Assembly (NCBI GenBank): GCA_051362555.1
Contig: CM120640.1
Location: 8,618,001-8,682,000, forward strand
Length of the DNA: 64,000 nucleotides
DNA from: Lingula anatina
Lineage: Eukaryota; Animalia; Brachiopoda
Direction: 5' to 3'
Shown here piece by piece: positions 49,601 through 61,621 of this stretch. Numbering within the stretch: the stretch's first letter is position 1; the number at the start of each line of letters is the position of its first letter. Under the pieces are notes generated by a model. The model ran no database searches. It saw only the letters and a list, made by a program, of their open reading frames with translations, and had not been told where the DNA came from. Both the position numbers and the translations under genes were made by a program.

Positions 49601-52247
49601 TAGAAATATAAAACAAAGGGAACTTTTAGTAAGCAATATGATTAAACAAGAATAAGATAAGCTAATTATATGGGGTTTATTTGTTGTGTCAGAGGAAAGT
49701 ACTGGAATTATCCTTGTCAATTTCAAGGAACTTTGACATAATTATAGAGGGTGACAGTTAAAACAATTTTTGTTTATGTAACAAACATTCTGGTGACCAT
49801 ATTTAATGTAGAGAAGATGTGAATAAGTGAACTTCAGTTTATTTGTCTTTGTTTTGACACTTACCATATAATTAAATATAGGTACTATTCCACCTAAAGC
49901 CTGAATGAACTGCTTCACAGTGATATTAAATGTTTCTATATATACCAGAGGATCTTGTGTCTGAAAATGAAGCATCACTTTATTATAAGCTTAGTAATCA
50001 TTTTAAGTTTCTTACTCTTTATAAAGATATAGTCTACCCATAATGTAAAGTTATATTATAATCAGTTGTTATTTTAAACTGTTTTAGGTCTAATAATTGC
50101 TGCTGGCCACACAAGCTGCTTATCAGCCTGTAGTAAAATCGTTGAAAGTTTTTTTTTAGAACAAAAGCATTCCAAAATGACATCATAAGGGCCATTCAGA
50201 ATGAGTTAAGGCTCAAACTAACTAGTATGCACTAACTCCATGGGGACTCTCACTGACTGCAATCAGATTAACAGGCTAACATGCCTCCTCTTGTTTCTAA
50301 AATACTTGTATAATCACCTGCTTCTTTGTATTCTCCTGGATGCCAGGAGGGTTTATTAGCCTGTTAATTTGATTTCATTCAGTGAGAGTACCAATGGAGC
50401 TGGTGTACACTAGCTATTGTGACCTACATCATTCTGAACAGCTCCATTCTTAGACTAAAAACAGACCTAAGTTGAAATTAATGAGAAAAAGACTACTGAG
50501 AACTACTTACAGTTGCGTCTAACTCCCTACACATTTTGTCACAGTGATCAGTGATGTACTGCAGTAGGTCATTGTATAATCTCTCAGAAAACTGCTTGCA
50601 TACACATTTATACACACAACTGAAAGAAAAATTACTTCATTTTCTTTTAAATGGTACATATATGTAGGAAAAAGTGTACAAGAACTGTGTAAGTGCAAAT
50701 GTAGCACAATGTTCTGAAATAATGTCATAATAATAGCCAGATATTTCTCAACCTAATTTTGATTTAGGTTTAAAAGACAGAAATTGGCAAAAATGACAAA
50801 CTTTAAAATGAAATCAATATATGTGTCCTATGTCATCAAATCTTTTGTGTCTAGTCCCTCAATTTAATACACCTGAGCCTTGTATACTAACTACTCATGA
50901 GGAACTAAGTTGTTAATAGCCAAATGTGCATATTTTTCACAACACAACACAATGTAAGGAATTTAAGCTACTAGTAATTTATTTCAATACCATATAAATA
51001 AATAAATAAAATCAAATAAATAATAAAAAATAAAATAAAAAACCATTGTTTCTGTTTACCTATACATTTGTTCATAAGATATAGGAATATATCCCCCTGG
51101 CTTCATGGTCAGTAAGTGGTGAATTGCATTCTCTAGCTGTGGCCAGTACTGTGCTTCATAGTCTGCTACTGTGATTGTCATCATAACTACAAAAAGAAAA
51201 AAAGATGAATCTTAGAAGAAGACGAACAGCAACAACAACAACAGTGATAATGAGTGAAGTAGTGTCACCCTTATATTATCATAGTAACTGTTGGTCATCA
51301 ATATGGCAATCATAACAAATTTAAAAGTTTGAGAAATCAGAAAGTATGCAATCCACTTCCCCTTTATCATATCAACTTGCTGCACCACTGCAATGAGGCT
51401 GATATGGCCAAATGCCTGATAACTTGATAGCACTACTTTTTGATGTATCTATACATTTACTGCGCTGGAGTCTGAATCAGCATATGCACATTATTACAAG
51501 ACACTGCATTATCATGTTGTACTGTATGTGGGCACTTCAGTATTGCCTGCAATTCCCATTACCTGTAACCACTGATCTACATACGGAGTATGCCACTACC
51601 TGTATCTGCTGAGAAACCAAATTAAGGATATTTTATGCAGTCAGACAAGTTCCATGAATACTCATTTCATGGCATCATAATCACAATATTATTGATAATT
51701 AGAAAAAAAATTCACATACTTGTACCACAACATCAATAATGCAGGGATATATGCACATTTTAGGATGACCATAAAGCCTTCATTCAACTGTCTAGCTACA
51801 TGTATGGAAGTATGCATGTATGTGAAGGGGGCATATTGAAAATGCCTCTAACAAATATTTGTCCCTCAAAAAAGATGCATGTACATGTAGGGTGTAAAAC
51901 TCCCCTTTCTCTTCAAGCTTTAAAACATGTACTAGTAAGCTAGACCTCCCCTTGAAGAATATCGGATCAGTTTAAAAGCAATATCCCTACATATCCGGAC
52001 CGTGCTCTGCATGAGAAAAAAAGAAAAGCACATTTAGTCTGCCTTCCTATAGGCTCAGCCTGCCCTTGACAGCCCGACTGATATTACTGTCTGTGACAGT
52101 GATTCTGACATGATATTACAAACCGATCGCAAATTCATTAGATTTACCCATACTCCCTGGCCTCAAGAGAGATGAGGCATTCAACTTTCTTTCCTCTTCT
52201 ACTTTTGGGGAGTCACTCTGCTTCTCCTCTTCCATAGGTTCGTCCAT
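46654..52247 (-). CDS. CACUL1: CDK2-associated and cullin domain-containing protein 1 (CACUL1), 9 exons; identity of the last exon is ambiguous
   Basis: Exons 52148-52247, 51060-51186, 50511-50619, 49865-49960, 49455-49557, 49090-49179, 48582-48723, 48230-48279, then either 46654-46751 (304 aa) or 47841-47884 (286 aa). Motifs YWPQLE, YIPISYEQMYSCVYKCVC, IVPIFNYMNRFYIESKL, VAEKHI, YIPNILPP. Confidence 0.9.
50188..50445. mobile_element. Foldback MITE with ~100-bp imperfect inverted arms, in CACUL1 intron 3
   Basis: Left arm 50188-50290 (agggccattcagaatga...actctcactga...ttaacaggctaa...cctcct) is complementary to right arm 50345-50445 (aggagg...ttagcctgttaa...tcagtgagagt...tcattctgaa). Confidence 0.8.
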
Positions 52248-52393
52248 CACCGTTAAAATTATCTCGATCACAAACTTTTGGACAGTCCTGTGAGGCTACA
52301 TGCTAAGTACCCACTTTTGACGCAATTACGGCATAGAGATTCTCTAACACAATGCGGAACACTGGCACAACCACGCTCGGTTGCCACCTTGGC

Positions 52394-52709
52394 AGAGGTT
52401 CCCAGAAAGGGGGGGGGGGGGGTGATTACATTTCACGGAATATAAAATCATCAATTCACAATTCACAGTAAATAAAACTTTATACTACTGATAATGCGCC
52501 TCGAATATCCTGAAGGTCACGAATCGATAATTTTATGACTTCATTTCAAAAGGGGCGGAGAATAAAAAGCCGCATTCACGAGTCACGGAAATAGGCCAAA
52601 TTTTATGAAGTGAATTCATGAATCGAGCTAAATAAAATGAACGTTTCACGCATATCTGGAAATAAAAAGTGGCTTTTACGGGTAACGATGATACCCAATG
52701 GGACCCTCT
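52394..52709. mobile_element. MITE-like element immediately upstream of CACUL1
   Basis: TIRs agaggttccca (52394-52404) / tgggaccctct (52699-52709), 10 of 11 matching; poly-G followed by multiple tcacg/tcaca motifs. Confidence 0.6.
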
Positions 52710-53124
52710 TGATAGGTTAATAAACCCTAACCACATAAAAGTCTGCCATGATAGTGTAAAAAAAAGATTAAAAATCGATTTAGAAATTTTCAGCGAATTT
52801 CATAAAACCGTCATATAGGGTATATATATATAGGCCCCCTATATATATCATTTTTAAATTTAATAATTTAAATTCAATTTAATAATTTATATGGTAAACT
52901 GTCAAAGTTCTTAAGTTCAATAGCCTAACCGATCAAGGTGACAAACGAACTTGGGTATAGCATGCTGATTGTGTTTCCTGTAACAGGTTTAGATTCAACA
53001 CTTTTTTCGCTTTAACTAGAATCCGAACAATGACGTCTGAATATGAATGTACATGTAGCCTAAGATGAGACAGCGGCTGTGATGTGTCGCTGTCTCAAGT
53101 ACCAAATACGTCTTAGTGTAGGCA

Positions 53125-53158
53125 GTATAGCCAAGGAGTTATAACTCCTTGGTATAGC
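53125..53158. mobile_element. 20-bp perfect palindrome flanked by a 7-bp direct repeat (micro-insertion or transposon footprint)
   Basis: gtatagc (53125-53131) | caaggagttataactccttg (53132-53151) | gtatagc (53152-53158). Confidence 0.7.
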
Positions 53159-56125
53159 CTAATGAATCTACACTGACTGAAATTATTTGACCAAGCAAAT
53201 GTGGAGAGACACGAACTAAACTTCAGGAGACCTTACTGAGATGTCACTTGAATACAATAGGCCTACGGACTTATCCATAGACCCCTCCCCCTCTTTGTTT
53301 AATTAAGAAGAAAAAAAAATCAAATCACAAAACCATTATCACAAATATAGGCCTATATCATTACACCACGGAAAGGACGCCTTAAAATTTTTGTGGATAA
53401 TACCGGTGCATATGCAGTATACCTCCCAAACTTACATGTATGTCTTTGAATTTTATTTAGTTAAGTGGTGACTTTGATCAATGTCTCTGCTATTTAAATA
53501 AATTAGAATGGCAGTTTACTTTACGGGTTTTTATGTTTTACAAGATAGGCCTATTGAAGCCCTTCCAATTACACAGGCAAAAAGAGAGATGTGGTCACAT
53601 ATCGAAGAATCAGAAGGTGCCCAAGTATAAATGTAAAACTAATATATTTGAATAGCAGAGGTATTGATCAAAGACACCACATAAATGAATTTATGGGCCT
53701 ACATTTATATTTCTAGGCGTAAGTCTTGTGTGCAGAAAAGTCTATTGATTTTTTAAACCGAGCGCAATTAGTCACCATAAGAAGAAAAAGTAGATGATTA
53801 GTTTTTGCAGACGTAGATTGTGTGACAAAGGTCGACATTTGGTAGAGATTGAGGTAATTTTATGAAGACTTGTTACATATTTCAAACGGATAATGAGTTG
53901 GCAGTTTGTGACTCAAGACCGCACCAAGAATTTCCAATTATATGTAAGACAATGATACCCATTTCTTTAACATCTTGTTAGGCTCTACTGGCTTCCGGTT
54001 ATTGATTGATATTGTCCCAAGTTTGCAGATTTATCAACGCAGCCACCTGGTCCCATCTGTTCAACTCTACATTTCAGAAAGCCTAAACATTTAACACGTG
54101 CGAGTGCTGCTCTACCCCCCCCCCCCCCACCCCCACTCCCCACCCCGGATTATATAAAGCTTACACACCTTCCTCTTCAGATGTTCGCTTGGGGGTTTCG
54201 ATCTCCTGTTCCAATCTGAGGTTTCATTAAGAGCCAAACAAGACTGGATGGAAAAATCACAGGCATTAGCAAGTCGACAACAATCGGATCAATTATAATA
54301 CATGTGTCAATCCCTTTTTTCACTTATGTTATTGTGGGCTAATGGCTTGAAAAACTTATAAACAAATTGCAAACTATTCACCGTACACGGCTTTTTTTCA
54401 TTTTCCAATTTCTTTGAAAACCAAATAAGTCCTACAATATCTCTCATAAAACAAATTAGAAAAATATGAATAAAAAGAACAATGTATATTTCATACGATC
54501 TCACTTTGATCAGTTTTTTTTCAATTCGGCGTTTTATATCAATTGATTCAGTTTTGGGACAAAACGAGTACAGTTTGACTCGAGTTAAGAACAGCTGCAG
54601 GTTATACGTTCAGCCGATTTGTCTGTTGATCAAAAAGAATCATGCTACAGTATATGTTATAGGTATGTTGCCATGGTTCCAACATGAAATACAGTGCTGT
54701 GCGTGACAACAAGTTAATTAAGTTAATATCTTTTGGAAGAAACGAACTCACGGCGGTGTCGCGGGCCTTTTGCGCCAACCTCAACTTTGACACACTATAT
54801 GTTGCTTGTGTCTTTGAAATATCGTACCAGATACTGAAAGTCCGTGTAACGTGAATACTCTTTTACTCTTTCTAGATTACCATAGTTTTAATGCTTTTAT
54901 TTTGGTCTTATTCATAGTAAATTAAGTTTGTCTGTCTGTCATCCATGCTATCTATGGGCATTTTTGAATGTTTCAGAACATTAGGGCCTAGATATCAAAC
55001 ATTTTTTGATGATATTCTTTCGTCTCTACCTGGTCAAGAAAAAAGCATCTGGAGTTAAAGTAACCTAACTAAGCAAAAGCATGTCTATGGTATAAATATT
55101 TATCCTTCTTCGAGTTGGTGCCAGTTTAGAAAAAAGTCAAGAATACCATTTTCACTGCGCACGCGTCATGCCCGCTGGTTGTAACCGTTACGATTTTTGG
55201 CATACACAAGAAAAAATACTTCAACATAAATCTCAGTTGTATACGTCTTGTCTTTGATCAGTATTTACACAGGTAGACCTCAGATTTTCATAGCCTTGTA
55301 GGGACTAGCCTGAGAATCAGGGGCAATTCGGTAATTAACTTTTACATGAATAAAATAAGCAGTAGTTCAATTAAAGTACTAATGATAGACCAATACCATA
55401 CTTAACGTAAGTTGGCAACTTTGGGTTCTATTATCTTGAACTGAAGTTGACCAAATTTTTGGTATAAAAGTTTTTTCGTCAATTTTCAAAACCATCCCAG
55501 CATTTACGTGCAATGGCCGTCTTCTAATCAGTCAAATTGGTGCAGTTTCACAGTTAGAGCTTCAGCTAGTACTCGGAAAAACACAAGGTGGCAATTAACA
55601 GTATATAATAAAGCCGATATGTCAACCGCTTTCTGCTAATGATATACCGGGATGTTAAATAATATGTTTATGCGTATGTTAAACATATTGTGGTTATCAA
55701 CACCCTAAACTTTAGGCGTAAGTTTAAAACGGGATGTTGGAAAAAAATTTACACCAATTTTGAGATTGCAAAAATGCTTAAATATTCTAAGACTGGATTC
55801 ACCTTTTAAAACGAAAAGATCAGTACCTTAAGTACCAAATTGAGAAAATGACATGACAAGAAGACTGGGATATATGCATATAACATTTTGATTTCTTAAT
55901 AATATAGTAAATTAAGATTATTATATCACAATTAACAACATCTCCCACGAGCAGTCCAATCTTGTGTACATGTATATATCGAAGTAGTCAATATTTGAAA
56001 CCAATAGCTGAATGTTATCTGGGTGATACGGATTTCCCATTTACAAAGCATGTTTAAATGCAATTGAATTTTTACCAAGCGCAGGCAATAAATACATTCA
56101 AATTAAGAAATAAATGTATAATATT

Positions 56126-56293
56126 CAGGGGCGGATTTAGGCCGTCTTCTGGGTCTTCCGGAAGACGGTCAGATTTCCAAGTTTACATTGACGGGTATCC
56201 AATTTTTCATGTTGGAAGACGGTCAAAATTGGAGAATGAATCAACAAAGATAATTTGGAAGGCTGTCAGTAAATAGGTCTGGATCCGCCCCTG
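56126..56293. mobile_element. Complete 168-bp MITE
   Basis: TIRs caggggcggatttag / ctggatccgcccctg; atatt directly flanks both sides; internal ggaagacggtca occurs twice. A related left end (cagtggcggatttag) lies at ~11544. Confidence 0.85.
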
Positions 56294-56490
56294 ATATTTA
56301 CAGTGTAATGTGGGTGTTCCAAGTCGTAGCGCTCACTGATGAATTCACGTACACAAGCTAAGCGAAAAATAACAACTGAATCATATTTTTATATCACAAA
56401 ATGTCATGAATCTCATCTTCGCACATTTCTTACAACTATTTAATACTAATTTACACTTGTTTTAATTTTTAATCCTCAAGAATAAAACAT

Positions 56491-57686
56491 AGGGCTCATT
56501 CAGAACAGAAGATCCGAGGATCAACTGTTCCACAGATCAAATATGGAAGACCCTACATGAAAGAAGAGCTGACTAATCTGCTGATGGTCTCCCCGCCCCC
56601 ACTGGCATACCTACTGAAGCTGATAGGGGGTAATTAACTATCGTTTAGCAGTAACAGTAGGCGTGTCAGACATCTAAATAATCTTAATAAAGTAAATTTA
56701 AAGGAAAAATGTAGAAATGATAATCCAATATCAAATAAATAGCTTTTTCATAAGGGAGACAATGGGTGGTTGAGTGCACATTTTTAATTTTCTTATTTTT
56801 TCATGAAAATTTTCACCTGCAAACTAAAAAAAGTGCAAATGTATCCTATATTTTACATACTACAAGATCAAAGTCATATACTCAAATAAAATAAGATTTA
56901 TGAAGTTTTGTGGAGGGGGAGTCAAATTTTCATGGGGGAGTCAGATTTTCATTATGAAAATCTGACTGGGGGAGTCAGATTTTCATGTTACACCGGTCCC
57001 TTGGTCGCTTTACCTCTACCTGGGTGAGTATACACTGTGTATGGAACATGCGGAAAAATCTAGCGCAGTCTATCAGGTATGTAATAATGATAGATTTAAA
57101 CTGATATCTGCATATAAGGTGACCAAGGTGACCGATTACTCATAAATAATTTCTCCAGACTTGAATCTTTCACAGGCAGATTTCTATTCTATTCTATATA
57201 CATTTCTAGACATTGTTTGAACAAAGCTCCACACAAATGTAAAACCCAACAATGCATCACATATCTTATATACACATGCTCCCACATGGAAGTAAAATTA
57301 TCAAGGGACGGGCCGAACGAAGAGAGAGAGCAAAAGAGACATGGGTCTGGGCCTGCGAGGCCCCTGAAAGGTGGATGAGGGTTAAGCTGACTGCAATGTA
57401 GCGAAAATACCCTCGGAGATGGGTTGATCATGCTAGATCAATCTAGGTGTGGGGTCTAAAACAAAACATTGTATTCAACTTAAGCTAGAGACCAAGGGAT
57501 CTCTTTCACGCCTCCCCACGCATCGTCAAATAATTAAATCTCGTCTAAATTCACCCGGTCAAGGGCCGACACGTGGGTAGGCATGTGAGAGGTGAAGAGA
57601 CCATTACAGGATTAAGCAGTCTTCCTTCGCCATATTTAGGCTGTGGACCAGTTAGCACTTGGATCTTCTCATTGTGAATGGCCCCC
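56491..57686. mobile_element. ~1.2-kb non-autonomous foldback DNA element with long diverged inverted arms
   Basis: Left end agggctcattcagaacagaagatccgaggatcaactgttccacagatcaaatatgg matches the reverse complement of ~57631-57686 (ggggccattcacaatgagaagatccaagtgctaactggtccacagcctaaatatgg). Similarity continues inward (tggtctc...catRcctac). A nested ggggagtcagattttcat repeat fragment lies at 56915-56996. Confidence 0.7.
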
Positions 57687-58660
57687 AAGATATTTATTCA
57701 AAGCTATGAAAATAAGACTTCAATATTTTTGAAGTGAATAATGACTTGTACTGAGACCGGCAATTTTGATAAGAACTCTGAAATATACATATATAATTTT
57801 TTTATTCTTCTTTTGGGAGATAGATATCTCAAAACATCAATTTTTTTTCTACAAACCATTATGACATCAGTAGGATAAAGACATGCACAGTTAAATTTTA
57901 AATATCACATTCAGCATTCAGCTCCTTAGTTATGCCTGATAGCACAACAGTTAAACCGAGTCTTACGAACACACTCAGTCCATTAAATTCATTTTCAGAA
58001 TTTCCTGCCAAAATTTGATGCAACATGAATCTACTTGGTACATACATGTATGTAAACAATGTTTAGTTACCTGTATGTCAGTCAAGATTTCTACAAGCTA
58101 TATAAATATTTTCAAAATTATAATCTAATTTTACACATTTTCCAGTGATCACAATTATAGAGAAAATTGCACTTTATTTCAATTTTTGATTATGTGCTTT
58201 GGCAGCTCTTGTAACTGATAAAGGGTTAATCAAACTTCTTATATACAAGTGCACAGCTAAAAGACAATATCAAATGTTACATGAAAATTCATAAATATAT
58301 CTTAGATAATATAATAACATCCATGTCATCACTATCTATCCTTTCTTCAAATTGCTTATTAATTCAAATGTGAAAGAAAATTACAACAAATATCACAGTG
58401 ACTAAAAATACAGTAATGCAATTTTTTTAAATCACACAATCAAGTTGCTCACTTACAATTGGATTCTACTGGGGATAGATTCAGGATATTTTTTAATGGA
58501 CATTCAATTTTATGATTTTGAGTTTAGTAGAAAATCGTGAAAACAATAAGAAATTGAAGAGAGAAAATTTGTCATGAACATTTTCATTTTTATAAGTTTT
58601 TTTTTCTACTTTTCATACTATTTTATGGCAAAAGTAGAAAAAAAAAGATTTTTTTTACAA

Positions 58661-61621
58661 TTATTTTTGGTGACCTCTCATAATATGGGTATAGAATGCA
58701 TACTTGTTCCCACACTCTTGCCCACACACATTACACATGAAGGGTGCAGTGTGGCTGTGACACCCCATGTGAATAGAATGGATAACAGAGTCATTAAACC
58801 TTATGCCGCAATAATCACAAGAGAAAGAATCTCTCTCATGTATAAAGGAAGAAGTGTTAGAGTTGGGCTCAAGAAGACTGCACTGTACCCCAGTTGTTTT
58901 CATTAGTTTACTATGGGGCAAGCTGGAACTTGTTGAGGCGTCTTGAAAGTAACAGCGCCTCCAAACTTCAGGCTGGACTACAGTTGGGCGGAGCGGCCCC
59001 TTTGATGTCAACCGATAAGATTTCTGCGGCGTTGCTGACATGCTACCATTTGTCCATGGCTGGTACAATGTAGGCATACTATTAGGTTTATTGCTCACAC
59101 TAGTGCTACTCACAAAATTTGCTTGGGTAGTTGCTTTTGTCATTTCTTTTCCTCTGGAAGTACATATGGCTTGATTAAATGACTGTGCTGATGCTGCTGC
59201 AGATGTTTTTGTCAAGACTGATAAGATGGCAGGACTGTATGGCTGGATCTGGCTTTGTTGGCCTCTCTTGATGCCCTGGGCAATAGATTGCAGGCAAGCT
59301 GAAGCAAAACCACTCTCTTTGGGATATTCTAAAACGTGATCTTTTCTTTTTTCAAAGGTGTCCTTTTGACTGACTGAACCTCCATTCTTGTCACACATTA
59401 TGACATCAGAACTTGAGAGAGCCAATGATGACACGGACCTGGTTTCCTCAGTCATGTTATCTCTCTGAGTTGTATGACTCCACTCATTTGGTACGCTACT
59501 GGGCCTCTTTGGGTTCAGAAGTCTGCCCGCAAGAGCATCTAGCAGAATAGGAGAGGATGAACTTCTTACCCCTGAATCAGGGGAGACTGGTGCTTCTGTG
59601 AGATCATCTTTGGGTGGCAGAAGTACCGATGTTAAATTTTTACTGATTTTCTTCAGATCTATATCTCTTGGCACAGGGACACGATGCACACTCATGAGAT
59701 GTTCCCTGAATTTGGTACTGATGAGGGAGGAGAAGGGACACTTGCTGCACTGCAATACACTGATTTGGTTGCAGTTGTGTGCCCGAAGATGGAGTCTCAG
59801 CTTACCTCGCTCATTGGCAATGAAATCACATTTACTGCACTGGAACATTTTACCTACAATGATAATAAAAATGGCAATGATAATAAAAGTGGCTTTAATG
59901 ATGAAATGCAATTAGGTATAATTTTAGAGATGTTAAAAAAAGTAAGAGAAGAATAATATAAAGTCACTTTTTGATCTATGAAATATTTTGGTCAAACAAC
60001 TTATTTAGAACTGATTTAAAACTGGTTTTGTTTTCTATAAATTCCTAAAGATTGGCCCTTATAAAAGGTAATTCTAAACTTTGTTTGATGTATTTTACTT
60101 TTCTTTAAACTCCTCTACCTGTTTTGTTTCTTCTGTGATAGTCTGAATGCAGCTGATAGTGGCCATAGTTGTTCGTTGCAAAAGAACATGACTGACACTG
60201 CCATTGCTGATTTTTATCACTTCCATTTTCATGAGAAGCATTTGATACCAGAGCTGCTACTTCTCGGCCATCTTCAGAATATCTGCCTAAAAACAATTTG
60301 GGTGAAGTATGACATCAGAAACATGATTTAGTTTTAGTTTCAGGAAATTTGTGTATAAGGTCTTTGGGCTAAATATCACAGGATAATTTCTCATGTGCAA
60401 AATCAGTGACCTGATTATCATGCTACATTGTGCTTATTTTCCCATGTCAATCATAAAAGAGAACAGGTCAAAGGGGAGAGGGGAGGAGGATCAAGACACA
60501 GACCACAATATGCCAGGTGGTCCAGCTGATATAAATGTACTCAAGTCCCCAGCAGCAATGTTCCTGTAGGGATTAAATGATATTATTATTTACATAGAAT
60601 TATTCTAACTCTGACACCCATCTAAAATAGACTAATTCAAACACTGTGTATTTATACTATAAATAGTTGCCCAGGGTTAACAACCAACTTCACGGTTCTG
60701 GACAAGAAGCTTCAATCTCTTCAACACCAAATGACTCGGTCAATTTCAAAAGCTCAGGCAACATACTTGCAGCTGTTTATTCTATATTAGAAGGTTTTAA
60801 CCTAGAGCTTTAAGAAAATCCAATGCATTCTTAGTTTGGTGCAGAAGTTTAAAATCATAGGCTTCTGCTTTGTTATCTAAATTATCAAGGTTATGATGAA
60901 GGAAGAAGTTATTAATTAAAAAAACAAACAAACACATTTTTAACTTGCAAAAATGTTTGTGCATACTTCTCTGCATGCATTTGCAAATGTGTAATAAGGA
61001 ATCCAGATGAGAAATTTGTAATAAATCAATTTAGTATTTTTAGAAACAGACCATGCAGTAAAAGAAGCGAAATAAAAAGAACAATATTTCTAAGGATAAG
61101 ATACTATCATGATGTCTAATCTTCTTTTTGTAAGTGCTCGTTCACATATTATGTGCTTCAAGTTACTTACCACTCAACAGGAGGGCAGCTACTGCAGAGT
61201 TGGCATATCTATTTTGCAAATCTGGAGGAACCAAACTGTCTTCAGCTTCTCCATTGTTATGCATATGACTGCTATCACCCTCACTATCACTTTCACATCT
61301 AGAATCTCTCTTTACTGTAACATGGCCAGTTATTATGCTTCTGGGCTCCTCATTCTTGTACTCTTCTTTTTCTTCCAATGAATGGTCATTGGCACATTTA
61401 CTCTCCTCAAATGAGTCCTTTTCTGTTGAGTCACATAAGTTCTCAGAGTCATGATCACTACTCACTTCCATGTCCTTTTCATGTTCTTTCTGACTCAAAT
61501 ATTGGGAAACAATTTCCATTTTGTCTTCAGGTTCAGTCTTACAAATTACCATTGCAAGTGGCTTCTTGATAAGATCTGATAACTCTGTGTGCCTTTTTTC
61601 TTCTTTCTTTATGTCCATCAT
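58661..61621 (-). CDS. Ikaros/Pegasus/Hunchback-type C2H2 zinc-finger transcription factor, ~603 aa, 3 coding exons
   Basis: Exons 61171-61621, 60119-60286, 58661-59853 (1812 nt, phases consistent). C-terminal dimerization finger pair CDYCGIRFNDSVIHSIHMGCH-SHTAPF-MCNVCG...YAFYTHIMRGH; three central C2H2 fingers (CQSC, CSKC, CSKC). The start codon is provisional: the candidate upstream exon ending at 61874 supplies an in-frame TAG. Confidence 0.85.

Noticed and set aside
52723-52732. AACCCTAACC, resembling a telomerase template or telomere seed
   Set aside because: An isolated 10-mer with no supporting structure; compatible with chance.
54667-54680. RFX X-box-like gttgccatggttcc
   Set aside because: Imperfect second half-site and no adjacent gene start identified.
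56602-56675. Hairpin followed by ACA-NNN, resembling an H/ACA snoRNA or telomerase RNA 3' end
   Set aside because: No properly placed H box or template, and the hairpin has an inverted homolog at 57500-57600, so it is better explained as part of a foldback element.
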